Source: Deltaproteobacteria bacterium (GTDB taxonomy: Bacteria > UBA10199 > SPLOWO2-01-44-7). From it: 64,000 nt of DNA. Location: positions 1,667 to 65,666 of the forward strand of contig JAHFSU010000004.1 of assembly GCA_023265595.1 (NCBI GenBank). Direction: 5' to 3'. A model generated the notes under the pieces. The model did no database searches and was not told where the DNA came from. It was given only the letters and a program-made list of their open reading frames with translations. Positions 30,771 to 40,403 of this stretch are shown here, piece after piece (positions within the stretch are counted from its first letter, which is position 1; every line of letters starts with the position of its first letter). Made by a program: the position numbers and the translations under genes.

Positions 30771-32297
30771 TCAAAACTCTCCCTCCCGATCCAAGGAACG
30801 ATATTGAATGGCTTCCGCAATATGCTGTGTACTCATCATCTCTTTTCCTTCAAGATCCGCCACGGTACGAGCGATTTTTAGAATTTTATCATGGGCCCTG
30901 ACGGAGATTTTCAGAGCGGGGAACGTTTTACGAAAAAACCGCGCGGCTTCATCGGTCATCGGACAATAATGACGCAGCCATTTTGCCGGAATCTGCGCGT
31001 TACAAACAATTTTTAAATCTTTGAAACGCGGATATTGAAATTCCCGCGCCCGCAAAACTCTCTCCAAAATCTGCATCGATTTTTCATTAGGGATATTATC
31101 AAAAATGTCCTTTTCTGTTGGAACGGTGACCTCAACATGAAGATCGATCCGGTCCAAAAGAGGGCCAGAAATTTTGCGCCGATATTGAAAAACATGTCCC
31201 GGCGCGCAAACACAATGACGATGCGGATGTCCGAGATAGCCGCATTTGCAAGGATTCAGCGCCGCAATCATTTGAAAACGGGCCGGCAGTTTGAGCCTCC
31301 CTTTGGCGCGTGTGATCGTGACAAAACCCGATTCGAGCGGTTGCCGGAGCATCTGCAAACTATCCCGGCGGAATTCGGGCAGCTCATCCAAAAACAAAAC
31401 GCCGTTGTGCGCCAATGTAATTTCTCCGGGCGCCAACAGGCCATCGCCGCCACCGATCAATCCGGCATAAGAAATAGAGTGGTGTGGCGAACGAATAGGC
31501 GGCGTGTCAATCAGCGGACGCTGGGGATCCAGCAAACCTAAGGCACTATAAATTTTGCTTGTTTCAAAAATTTGTTCTTCGGTCAGTATGGGCAAAATCA
31601 TCGGGAAACGATTGGCAAGCATTGTTTTACCGGAGCCCGGCGGCCCCATCATGATCATATGATGCCCTCCCGCCGCAGCAATCTCCAAACCCCTTTTGGC
31701 AAATACCTGTCCCTTGACATCACTCAAATCGAGACGTTCTGCTTCTGTCCCTTTTATTTTTTCGAAAACCGGTTCCATCGATGGCCGTTTTTGATGCTGA
31801 ATAAATTCTAAAACTTCCGCAATATGGACACAGCCGATAACCTCAACTTCCTTTATCAAACGCGCTTCTTGCGCATTGGCTTTGGGACAAATCAACGCCT
31901 CGATTTTTTTCTGTCGCGCCAAAAGAGAAAAAAGGAGGGTTCCTTGGATGGATTTTAATTCACCGGTTAACGAGAGCTCCCCGACAAACAAAAATGAGGT
32001 CAACGGTTTTTGCAACACACCATGCGCTGCCAGAAGCGCAAAGGCTATGGGCAAGTCATACTGAGTCCCGCTTTTTTTCTGTGTGGCGGGCGCCAGATTG
32101 ATGGTGGTTTTGCGTGCTTCTAAATGAATACCGCTATTGCGAAGAGCGGCATGAACTCGGTCCCTAGATTCTTGCACCCCCTTTTCCGGCAGCCCCACCA
32201 TTTGCCAAGATGGAAGACCATTGGCAATATCGACCTCCACTTTTATCAAAGAGGCCTCAAAACCAAAAATGCCTGCAGAGTAAGTCGTTCCAATCAT
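30771..32297 (-). CDS. comM: YifB/ComM Mg-chelatase-like AAA+ ATPase
   Basis: VGLPEKGVQESRDRV, GPPGSGKT, RSPHHS, PGEITLAHNGVLFLDE, KIARTVADL. Confidence 0.93.
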   Translation of the reverse strand: MIGTTYSAGIFGFEASLIKVEVDIANGLPSWQMVGLPEKGVQESRDRVHAALRNSGIHLEARKTTINLAPATQKKSGTQYDLPIAFALLAAHGVLQKPLTSFLFVGELSLTGELKSIQGTLLFSLLARQKKIEALICPKANAQEARLIKEVEVIGCVHIAEVLEFIQHQKRPSMEPVFEKIKGTEAERLDLSDVKGQVFAKRGLEIAAAGGHHMIMMGPPGSGKTMLANRFPMILPILTEEQIFETSKIYSALGLLDPQRPLIDTPPIRSPHHSISYAGLIGGGDGLLAPGEITLAHNGVLFLDELPEFRRDSLQMLRQPLESGFVTITRAKGRLKLPARFQMIAALNPCKCGYLGHPHRHCVCAPGHVFQYRRKISGPLLDRIDLHVEVTVPTEKDIFDNIPNEKSMQILERVLRAREFQYPRFKDLKIVCNAQIPAKWLRHYCPMTDEAARFFRKTFPALKISVRAHDKILKIARTVADLEGKEMMSTQHIAEAIQYRSLDREGEF

Positions 32298-32308
32298 GAT
32301 TGCTGAGT

Positions 32309-32326
32309 ATGCAAACGGTGTGCCGA
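32309..32326 (-). promoter_or_regulatory. sigma-54 promoter of comM
   Basis: TCGGCAC-ACCGT-TTGCAT about 11 nt upstream of the ATG. Confidence 0.65.
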
Positions 32327-32548
32327 CTTTTTCGCCCACTGATTTTCTGTGGGGATAATCTTGGGTGCCGTTTTTCGTACACAGGTGCCGAAAATCGTCT
32401 ATTTCAATAGACAGGAACACAAAACTTTAGTCCGTCTGATTCAATTTTTGATTCAATTTTTTAACTTTAGTGAGTCTGCTTTAGTTGACGAACCTCTCTG
32501 AACCCGCTAGTTAGTCCGTCTGGTTTTAGTCCGTCTGAAATTTCTTTA

Positions 32549-33832
32549 ATGATTAAAAGAACTTTTGCCATCATTTTGTTTCTTGTTGCATGTAATATGA
32601 AGGGTTCTACATTTGCTCAAACACCCTCCCCCATTACTCTACGAAATTGTTTTGAGAAAGCTTTGGAAGTGAGTGAAAGGGTCGCCATCCAAGAATCACA
32701 AATTCGGGCAGCCGAAGCAAAATATGGACAGGCGTTGGCAGCCATCCTTCCCAATGTCCATTTTATTGCAACGGAATTTTTGCAAGATGACTCTGCACAA
32801 CAACTCGGCGCCGGACAAATTGGAACCACGCTTACCCGTTTCTCAACGCCAACGGCAAAATTGAACGCCAAACAGCCCCTATTTAATGGTTTACGCGAAT
32901 ATTATGCCCTTTCCGTAGTCCATTCTCAAAAAAGACAAAATAAAGCCGAATGGGAAAATGCCAAAAGAAAATTGTTTGTCGATGTCGCCAATGCTTTTTA
33001 CACCGTTATCCAATTGGAAAAAGATTTGGAATTGGCCAAGGCCATTACAAAAACACTAAAAAGACGCCTCAAAGAGTCGATCACGAGAATGGACCTTGGC
33101 AAAGCCAGGGCCTCAGAAAAAATGAACACCGAATCCGAATTAGCGATTGCGGAAGCGGCCGCTAGCGAAACAGAAGGGGGACTTGCCGCGGCCAAAGAAG
33201 TTTTGGCTTTTTTCATCGGTCCTTACAATGCACCTCTGCTAGATGACGTAGAAATCCCGTCTGCGCCTAAAGAAGAAGATTTCGTTCTCAAATCCGACGA
33301 AAACCGTCCCGATATTGTCGCCGCAAAAGAAGCGGCATTTAGTTCGCGTCAAAAATTAAAAATCGAAAAGGGGGCTTTTTTTCCCACCATTAATGCGGAA
33401 GCAAATTATTATGCTTATCGTGTCGGATTTCAAAAGGATATCAAATGGGACGCCCTCTTTACACTCGATTTCTCGATTTTTGAGGGGGGAAAAACGAGGG
33501 CCAAAATTCAGGAGGCCAAAATTTTGTTAAAGCAAGCAGAGCTGGAACTCGATGAAAAACGACGCAATGCCAATCTCGAAATCAAAAAAGCCTATGAGGC
33601 CTTCACTCATGGACAAAAGCAAAGTGAAGCCTTTAAAATAGCGGAAACAAAGGGTGAAGAAAATTATCGGGTATCCTTAAAAGATTACCAGTTGGGATTA
33701 ATCAACAATCTTGAATTACTGGAAGTGTTGAGAAGTCTACAAAATGTCAGACGGACTTACAACCGAGTTTGGTTGCAGACCAAAATGGATTATCTCAATT
33801 TGAAGGCGAAAGCCGGAAAACCGTTGCTATGA
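32549..33832 (+). CDS. TolC-family outer-membrane efflux protein
   Basis: Signal peptide, two OEP repeats (QPLFNG, RPDI, FSIFEGG). Confidence 0.92.
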   Translation: MIKRTFAIILFLVACNMKGSTFAQTPSPITLRNCFEKALEVSERVAIQESQIRAAEAKYGQALAAILPNVHFIATEFLQDDSAQQLGAGQIGTTLTRFSTPTAKLNAKQPLFNGLREYYALSVVHSQKRQNKAEWENAKRKLFVDVANAFYTVIQLEKDLELAKAITKTLKRRLKESITRMDLGKARASEKMNTESELAIAEAAASETEGGLAAAKEVLAFFIGPYNAPLLDDVEIPSAPKEEDFVLKSDENRPDIVAAKEAAFSSRQKLKIEKGAFFPTINAEANYYAYRVGFQKDIKWDALFTLDFSIFEGGKTRAKIQEAKILLKQAELELDEKRRNANLEIKKAYEAFTHGQKQSEAFKIAETKGEENYRVSLKDYQLGLINNLELLEVLRSLQNVRRTYNRVWLQTKMDYLNLKAKAGKPLL

Positions 33833-36800
33833 ATATTTCTGAAATTTCGATACGCAACCCCGTTTTTGCTTGGATGTTGATGATCGGGCTTATTTTTTTT
33901 GGATTTATCAGTTTTAGCCAAATGGGGGTCTCTGAAATGCCCGATGTCGATTTTCCCGTTGTCACCATTCATACCACACTGGAAGGAGCGGCTCCCGAAG
34001 TCATGGAGACCGATGTGGTGGATGTGATCGAAGATGCGGTCACCGGTATTCAGGGAATACGCAATCTCTCCTCAACCGCCAGACAGGGAATGGCAACGGT
34101 GAGCGTTGAATTTGAACTCGATAAAAATATTGATGTGGCTGTTCAAGAGATCGATTCCAAAGTGACCCAAGCAGTAAAAAATCTTCCCAAAGAGATGGAC
34201 CCCCCTATTGTTACCAAAACCAATCCGGAAGATCAGCCGATCCTGTGGCTTTCTCTCTCCGGAAACCGTCCTCTCCCCTTCATGATGCAATACACAAGGG
34301 ATCATCTCAAAGATCAGTTTCAGACAGTGGCCGGCGTTGGCGATATTTTTCTGGGCGGGTTCATCGAACCTAATTTAAGGGTCTGGATCGATCAAAAAAA
34401 GCTGGAAGAATATGAGTTAACTGTTCAAGATATCATCAACGCTATCAATACAGAACATATCGAACTCCCTGCCGGCAGAATTGAAACAGACAAGACGGAG
34501 TTAAATGTCCGAGCCATGGGAGAAGCCATAACCCCGGAAGAATTTGGCAATATTGTGATTCCAAAACGGGGGGGAGTCCCGATTTATAAACCGATTTACT
34601 TAAAAGAGGTCGCCCATATTGAGGAGGGTCTTAATGACGTGCGCCGCATTTCAAGGACAAATGGGGAGCCCGCTGTTGGCTTAGGGATTCGGAAACAGCG
34701 GGGATCCAATTCCGTAGCCGTAGCGACCCGTGTCAAACAAAAGCTCTTGGAATTACAAAAACTTTTGCCAGACGGACTAAAATTAAATGTCAATTTTGAC
34801 AGCACCCGATTTATTCAAGACTCGGTCAACGAACTCAAATTTACTCTCTTTTTGGCAGCCCTTTTGACCTCTGTAGTTTGTTGGCTTTTTTTGGGTTCAT
34901 GGAGTTCCACCATCAATATATTAATGGCCATTCCGACATCGATCGTTGGAACATTCATTGCCCTTTTCTTTCTAGGCTATACTCTCAACACATTTACCTT
35001 TTTGGGTTTAATCTTGGCCATTGGAATCGTTGTGGACGACGCCATCATGGTCCTCGAAAACATTTTTCGTCACCAAGAAAATGGAGAAGATAAATTCACC
35101 GCAGCGATCCGAGGATCCAAACAGATCACTTTTGCAGCCCTTGCCGCCACATTATCGGTTGTTGCTATTTTTATCCCCGTTGCTTTTATGAAGGGGGTTA
35201 TCGGAAAATTTTTTCTCCAATTCGGGGTTACAATGTCGGTAGCTGTTTTGCTCTCTCTTTTGGAAGCATTAACCCTGACACCCATGCGCTGTTCCCAATT
35301 TGTGGAAGCCGGTGCCAGAACCAGCCGCATTGGAAAGGCATCGGATACTTTCTTTAGGACTCTGAGCCTTCGTTATCATCGTTTTTTAAAAATCTGCCTG
35401 AATCACCGATGGAAAGTAGTCAGTTTATCGATGATGGTTTTCGTCCTCTCCCTGACGATTTTCGTTTTTTTGAGAAAAGAGTTTGTGCCGCCCCAGGACC
35501 AAAGCATGTTCTTGATCTCTTTTAAAACACCCGTCGGGTCTTCTATCGATTTTACTTCTGAAAAAGCCAAACAAATCGAGGACTTTCTTGCAAGACGGAC
35601 TGAAGTCTTGCGTTATTTCGTAGCCGTGGGTGGTTTTGGTGGAGGAGAGGTCAATCAGGGAATGGTTTTCATCACATTGAAGCAACCCAACGAAAGAAAA
35701 CTAACACAACAACAATTGATGTCCGTCTGCCGTGAATCTTTTAATAAAATTACGGATTTAAAAGTGTATTTAATGGATCTTTCTACTCGCGGATTTACAG
35801 CCAAGAGGGGTTTTCCAATTGAGTTTACAGTACGTGGTCCCAATTGGGAAAAACTCGTTGACCTATCCCAAACGATCCAAAAAAAGATGGAAAAAGAAAA
35901 AAAATATTTTACCGATGTCGACACCGATTATCTGGCGGATGTGCCTGAAATACATGTGGTACCCGACCGGGAAAAGGCAGCGGCAAGAGGTGTCAATATT
36001 GAAACAGTCAGCCAAACCATCAATGCACTGGTTGGCGGAATTCGAGCTGGAAAATTCAAACAAAATGGGAGGCGCATTGATATTCGAGTCCGTCTCGTTT
36101 CAGAAGCGAGGAATAAGCCGGAAGATATCAAACAGTTATGGATACGAAATAACCAAGGCGAGATGGTCCAGTTAGGAGATGTTGTCAAAATCGAACAGGT
36201 ACCGACTTTGTTAACGATTACTCGAGAAGATCGAGAAAGAGCCATCAGCGTCTTTGCCAATGTAACTCCCGGAGCTTCACAAGCAGACGGACTGAATGAA
36301 GTGCAAAAAATTGCAGCTCAAATTTTGCCAGAAGGTTATCATATTGTCCTGACCGGCTCCGCGGAAACATTCAAAGAATCCTTTCAAAACCTATTCTTTG
36401 CGCTCTATCTTGGCATTGTTGTGGCTTACATGATTTTAGCCAGCCAGTTTAATTCCTTTTTACACCCATTTACCGTTTTACTGGCTCTTCCTTTTAGCAT
36501 TTCTGGAGCCGCCCTTGCGCTTTTTATTACCGGAAACTCTCTGAATATTTTCAGTATGATCGGCATTATTTTATTGATGGGAATTGTGAAGAAAAATTCC
36601 ATTTTGTTAGTTGATTTTACAAATCAACGAAGAAAAGACGGACTGAATGTAAAAGAGGCTCTACTGGAAGCATGTCCTATTCGCCTGCGTCCCATTTTGA
36701 TGACTTCCATAGCTACTATCGCTGCAGCCATTCCGCCTGCCCTGGCTCTAGGACCAGGTGCTGAGGCAAGAGTTCCCATGGCCGCTGCTGTTATCGGTGG

Positions 36801-36906
36801 TGTTTTCTTATCTACACTTTTGACTCTTTTTGTTGTTCCTTGTGCCTATAGCCTTCTCTCTCACCGGGAAAAACAAGACGAACGACGAAAAGAAGACAGT
36901 CCCTGA
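33829..36906 (+). CDS. RND efflux permease (AcrB/AcrD/AcrF family)
   Basis: PDVDFPVV, GIVVDDAIMVLENI, GIVKKNSILLVDF, RLRPILMT. Confidence 0.96.
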   Translation: MNISEISIRNPVFAWMLMIGLIFFGFISFSQMGVSEMPDVDFPVVTIHTTLEGAAPEVMETDVVDVIEDAVTGIQGIRNLSSTARQGMATVSVEFELDKNIDVAVQEIDSKVTQAVKNLPKEMDPPIVTKTNPEDQPILWLSLSGNRPLPFMMQYTRDHLKDQFQTVAGVGDIFLGGFIEPNLRVWIDQKKLEEYELTVQDIINAINTEHIELPAGRIETDKTELNVRAMGEAITPEEFGNIVIPKRGGVPIYKPIYLKEVAHIEEGLNDVRRISRTNGEPAVGLGIRKQRGSNSVAVATRVKQKLLELQKLLPDGLKLNVNFDSTRFIQDSVNELKFTLFLAALLTSVVCWLFLGSWSSTINILMAIPTSIVGTFIALFFLGYTLNTFTFLGLILAIGIVVDDAIMVLENIFRHQENGEDKFTAAIRGSKQITFAALAATLSVVAIFIPVAFMKGVIGKFFLQFGVTMSVAVLLSLLEALTLTPMRCSQFVEAGARTSRIGKASDTFFRTLSLRYHRFLKICLNHRWKVVSLSMMVFVLSLTIFVFLRKEFVPPQDQSMFLISFKTPVGSSIDFTSEKAKQIEDFLARRTEVLRYFVAVGGFGGGEVNQGMVFITLKQPNERKLTQQQLMSVCRESFNKITDLKVYLMDLSTRGFTAKRGFPIEFTVRGPNWEKLVDLSQTIQKKMEKEKKYFTDVDTDYLADVPEIHVVPDREKAAARGVNIETVSQTINALVGGIRAGKFKQNGRRIDIRVRLVSEARNKPEDIKQLWIRNNQGEMVQLGDVVKIEQVPTLLTITREDRERAISVFANVTPGASQADGLNEVQKIAAQILPEGYHIVLTGSAETFKESFQNLFFALYLGIVVAYMILASQFNSFLHPFTVLLALPFSISGAALALFITGNSLNIFSMIGIILLMGIVKKNSILLVDFTNQRRKDGLNVKEALLEACPIRLRPILMTSIATIAAAIPPALALGPGAEARVPMAAAVIGGVFLSTLLTLFVVPCAYSLLSHREKQDERRKEDSP

Positions 36907-36956
36907 CCAAATACGTCCGTCTGAAATCTCTGAGATCAATTTAATTTCTTTTATGC

Positions 36957-36974
36957 TTGGCATATCTCTTGCAT
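36957..36974 (+). promoter_or_regulatory. sigma-54 promoter of the RAYT-like gene
   Basis: TTGGCAT-ATCTC-TTGCAT about 11 nt upstream of the ATG at 36986. Confidence 0.65.
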
Positions 36975-36985
36975 TGATTTTTAGC

Positions 36986-37705
36986 ATGTCGTATCGCGCT
37001 CGATATGAAATTATCTGGGATGGCGCTACTTTTCACGTCACATGGCAATGCCATAACCATTCCTGGCTTATGCAATACGACTGGGCCAAACAGCTCTATT
37101 ATGATTTATTGCTGAAATATAAAAACAAATATGGTGTCAGTTTTTATTCTCACCACTTTATGGACAATCACGTCCATCTTTCCGGGAAAATAAATAAAAC
37201 AAAAGAGGAGTTTTCAGCACTATTCCAAGTTGTCAATACCATTCTAGCTAAAAAAATAAATAAACGTCTAAAAAGAAGGGGGCAAGTCATTATGGATCGA
37301 TTTAAATCCCCATGTATTCAATCAGACAAAGATCAATTGGCGGTAATGACTTATCACGACTTGAATTCATGGAGAGCACAAAAAGTGAAACATCCCAAAG
37401 AATACCAATGGAGCTCTTATGGTTATTATGCTTATGGAAAAAAAGATCCATTGATCACTCCAGCCCCAGCCTATCTGGGCTTAGCTAATACAAATGAGGC
37501 AAGACAAAAAATCTATCGCAAACTAATAGCTTCTATTATGGAGGAAGAGGGTATAAAAAGAAAAAATTATTCCAGAGTTTATTATATTGGAGATCCAAAT
37601 TGGGTATTAGAAAGAAAAAAACGGCTCAAGGAAATAAAACAAATTAAGAGGGAAGCATTCCTCTTAAGACAAAAAAGACAGATATATGCACAGGCACCGC
37701 CTTAA
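36986..37705 (+). CDS. REP-associated tyrosine (Y1/HUH) transposase-like protein
   Basis: FHVTWQCHN, MDNHVHL (HUH), DRFKS, TYHDLN (catalytic Tyr position), YQWSSY. Confidence 0.88.
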   Translation: MSYRARYEIIWDGATFHVTWQCHNHSWLMQYDWAKQLYYDLLLKYKNKYGVSFYSHHFMDNHVHLSGKINKTKEEFSALFQVVNTILAKKINKRLKRRGQVIMDRFKSPCIQSDKDQLAVMTYHDLNSWRAQKVKHPKEYQWSSYGYYAYGKKDPLITPAPAYLGLANTNEARQKIYRKLIASIMEEEGIKRKNYSRVYYIGDPNWVLERKKRLKEIKQIKREAFLLRQKRQIYAQAPP

Positions 37706-37875
37706 ATTCCATTTTTTACTAAGGATAAAACAAAAATAAAAACCAAAAAAGCTGTTATTTGTACACGTGTATTATTATCCCCATTCTACAGCTATCCTCG
37801 ACCGTCAAAAAATGCTACTTCCAATTTTTATCAAAAGTTATAAGGTTCCCTCTATATAATGCTTAAATAATTTTC

Positions 37876-40356
37876 ATGATTTCCTGGATTATTCTTCCAT
37901 CTGAAAAAGCCGCAGAACGGATAAGACGGACATCCTTTTCCCAATCGAACCAATCCGTTTGGTTGGGAGAGACCTTTTTTTCTCTTCAGCATTTTTTAAA
38001 TAAGCTATCTGGCTCCCACACCAACCTTCTCAAGAAAAGCCTGCAAAAACATCTATTGGCCCATTGTCTTAAACAGCATCCGCTCAAATATTTTGAGAAG
38101 CAAAGACACCTCGGCTACTTGACTACTATTTTTATGACAGCCATTCACCGTCTAAAACAGGCAGATTTAAAACCAGACGGACTAAAAGAGAGGCTAAAAG
38201 AGAGCGGATCCCTCAAAGAATATGATCTTTTGATCACTTATCAGCGCTATGAAGAACTCAAGACAAAACTCGGCTGTATTGATAGCGAAGATCAATATGC
38301 ATCCGCTGTGGCAAACCTCAACAATCCCGAAAACCCATTAAAAATGATAACATCCATCACCTTTCAAGATTTTGACGAAGAACCAGACGGACTGAAAAAA
38401 TTGCTCCACAACATCGCCCAAAACTACCCCCAAATCCATATCGATTTCCAAAAAATTCCGACACAAGAAGCACCACGTCCATCAAACAATCCGCAACCGA
38501 CACCGGTCCAACTCTTTTCTCTCCCCACACCCCATCAAGAGAGCCATTGGTTTGTAAGGCAGCTTGAAAAAATCGCTTCCGACACAACAAAAACGAACGA
38601 TATCGGTATTTTGATGTCGGGCCCTGCCGGCTATTACGAATTCGTCTGGAAACTTTTGCAACAGATGCAGTTGACAGAAGGCCCCTACCCCTTCTCTAGT
38701 TGGCACGAAAGGCCGGAAGGGCGTTCCGTTCTGGAAGAGGCGGCGCAATTAAATCTCGAAAAGGCCACATTGACCGAATATCTTTCAGAACTGGTTCAAA
38801 AAATCCCTGTAGAAAATCCCCTCTTCGAATTTCTGGAGTCCTTTTATTTTCAGGAACACATTTTAAGCCTCGGCCATCTCTCGCACTCGGAATGGCTTTT
38901 GTGGCTCCACGAAGCGCTGGAGGAAAAACCGAAGCGGTCGGTTCCCGAATCGCTGCAGGGAATCCAATGGCTTCTCTTTGGCGAAAGAGATTATCCTCAT
39001 TTGGAATATCTTTGGGTTCCCAATTTAACGGAAGGCGCCTTTCCTCTGCAAGCGCCACAGGTTTTTTTTCAAGAGATGAAAGATCGGGGTCGGCCCGAAT
39101 GGAAACCGATTTGTGCAGCATTTCCGGACCCGCAAAAGTCCTTTGAACGACAATACAAAATGTTCCACCACACCCTGTCCCACACACACAAAACCACATG
39201 GCTCACTTTCCCTAGAATGGATAGTCTCGGTGGAGACCAATCCCCCTCTCCGTTCACATGGGATTTTGGCGAGCCCCAAAATGTCGAAACAAAATCGCCG
39301 TCATTTTTCGGCAATAATGAGGAAAAAATCCGAATCGATAAAAAATGGAAAATCGAACGGGAAAGACTCGACAACCATCTCGAAACAAAAGCGTTCCATA
39401 CCGAATTGGGGACCATACCCCTGCCGCCAAACCATATTTTCAGCCCTTCACAGCTGGAGACCTACGCTGAATGCCCGTTTAAATATTACTCACGAAAGAT
39501 CCTGAACATCCCTCAAATCAAAGAGCATTCGCCGGAGCTGGATCCCGATGATAAAGGAACACTTTTTCACAATTGCCTCGAGGCATTGCTGCGTCAGGAA
39601 GGAAAACTGTATGCGGAAGCCAGAAACAACCGTAAAAAAGAAGACGAACTGTATCTGAAATTAAAAGCGACGGTCGAAAAAGTTTTTCAGGAGTCGGCAA
39701 AGGAACTCTGCTATGCGCATCCGGAACTCTACCAGCGCCTGAAAGAGAAAACCATGGCACAGGCCGTGCAACTACTCGGAAATGAACTCGAAGAATCACG
39801 AAAATTGGAAAAACCTCTGACCCCAACCTATTTTGAATGGACATTTGGTCCCTCACCGGAAGAGGCCCTCCGAATTGAGGCACAAGATAAAAAAGAACCG
39901 ATCCAAATTGGTGGACGCATCGACCGAATCGATTGCGATACAAATTCCAAATCATTTATGGTGCTGGATTACAAAACTGGTTCCATCAGCGGATTCAAAG
40001 ACAAATTGATGGAAGGATTGTCGCTGCAGCTCCCGATTTATCTTTTAGCCGTAAAAAAATTATTGCTCCCCGATTATCAAATCGTCGGCGGCATGCTCCT
40101 CTCCACCCGTTCCGGAAAAAAGGAGGCGGGATTGGTCGACAATCAATTTAATGAACAGCATTATCAATTGGGAAAAAGATCCGGCGCTCTCATGGATTCG
40201 GAAAAATTAGAGGCAGTGATTCAATCCACGGTCGTGCACATTCAAAACTATGTCGCTCAAATGCGAAAAGGTTATTTTAGCGCGCAACCGAAAGATTGCA
40301 AAGTCCGCTGCGATTACAAAGAGATTTGTCGCTATGCCCACAAACCGTTTGCATAA
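37876..40356 (+). CDS. addB: AddB-like PD-(D/E)XK nuclease with Fe-S cysteines
   Basis: FSPSQLETYAECPF, GRIDRID, LDYKTG, LQLPIY, DCKVRCDYKEICR. Confidence 0.8.
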   Translation: MISWIILPSEKAAERIRRTSFSQSNQSVWLGETFFSLQHFLNKLSGSHTNLLKKSLQKHLLAHCLKQHPLKYFEKQRHLGYLTTIFMTAIHRLKQADLKPDGLKERLKESGSLKEYDLLITYQRYEELKTKLGCIDSEDQYASAVANLNNPENPLKMITSITFQDFDEEPDGLKKLLHNIAQNYPQIHIDFQKIPTQEAPRPSNNPQPTPVQLFSLPTPHQESHWFVRQLEKIASDTTKTNDIGILMSGPAGYYEFVWKLLQQMQLTEGPYPFSSWHERPEGRSVLEEAAQLNLEKATLTEYLSELVQKIPVENPLFEFLESFYFQEHILSLGHLSHSEWLLWLHEALEEKPKRSVPESLQGIQWLLFGERDYPHLEYLWVPNLTEGAFPLQAPQVFFQEMKDRGRPEWKPICAAFPDPQKSFERQYKMFHHTLSHTHKTTWLTFPRMDSLGGDQSPSPFTWDFGEPQNVETKSPSFFGNNEEKIRIDKKWKIERERLDNHLETKAFHTELGTIPLPPNHIFSPSQLETYAECPFKYYSRKILNIPQIKEHSPELDPDDKGTLFHNCLEALLRQEGKLYAEARNNRKKEDELYLKLKATVEKVFQESAKELCYAHPELYQRLKEKTMAQAVQLLGNELEESRKLEKPLTPTYFEWTFGPSPEEALRIEAQDKKEPIQIGGRIDRIDCDTNSKSFMVLDYKTGSISGFKDKLMEGLSLQLPIYLLAVKKLLLPDYQIVGGMLLSTRSGKKEAGLVDNQFNEQHYQLGKRSGALMDSEKLEAVIQSTVVHIQNYVAQMRKGYFSAQPKDCKVRCDYKEICRYAHKPFA

Positions 40357-40403
40357 GGAGCTGGATGCCTCGTTGTTTTTCACGAGGAATCCGGCTCCTT
40401 ATG
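40352..40403. repeat. inverted pair of family-A repeats filling the addB-addA gap
   Basis: cataaggagctggatgcctcgt / acgaggaatccggctccttatg. Confidence 0.7.

Larger units (their letters stand above)
32430..38392. repeat. dispersed octamer GTCCGTCT/AGACGGAC, 14 copies
   Basis: Starts at 32430, 32514, 32529, 33749, 34770, 35593, 35721, 36088, 36285, 36636, 36915, 37924, 38175 and 38385. Confidence 0.8.

Noticed and set aside
36830..36985. Extended N-terminus of the RAYT-like ORF
   Set aside because: It overlaps the RND gene end and the sigma-54 box; family similarity starts at 36986.
32430..38392. Octamer as an AddAB Chi site
   Set aside because: It occurs in both orientations and is locally clustered, whereas Chi sites are dispersed and strand-biased.
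37876..40356. Cas4 or a defence nuclease
   Set aside because: The Cas4-like Fe-S nuclease domain ends a long protein paired with a UvrD helicase-nuclease, the standard AddAB layout.
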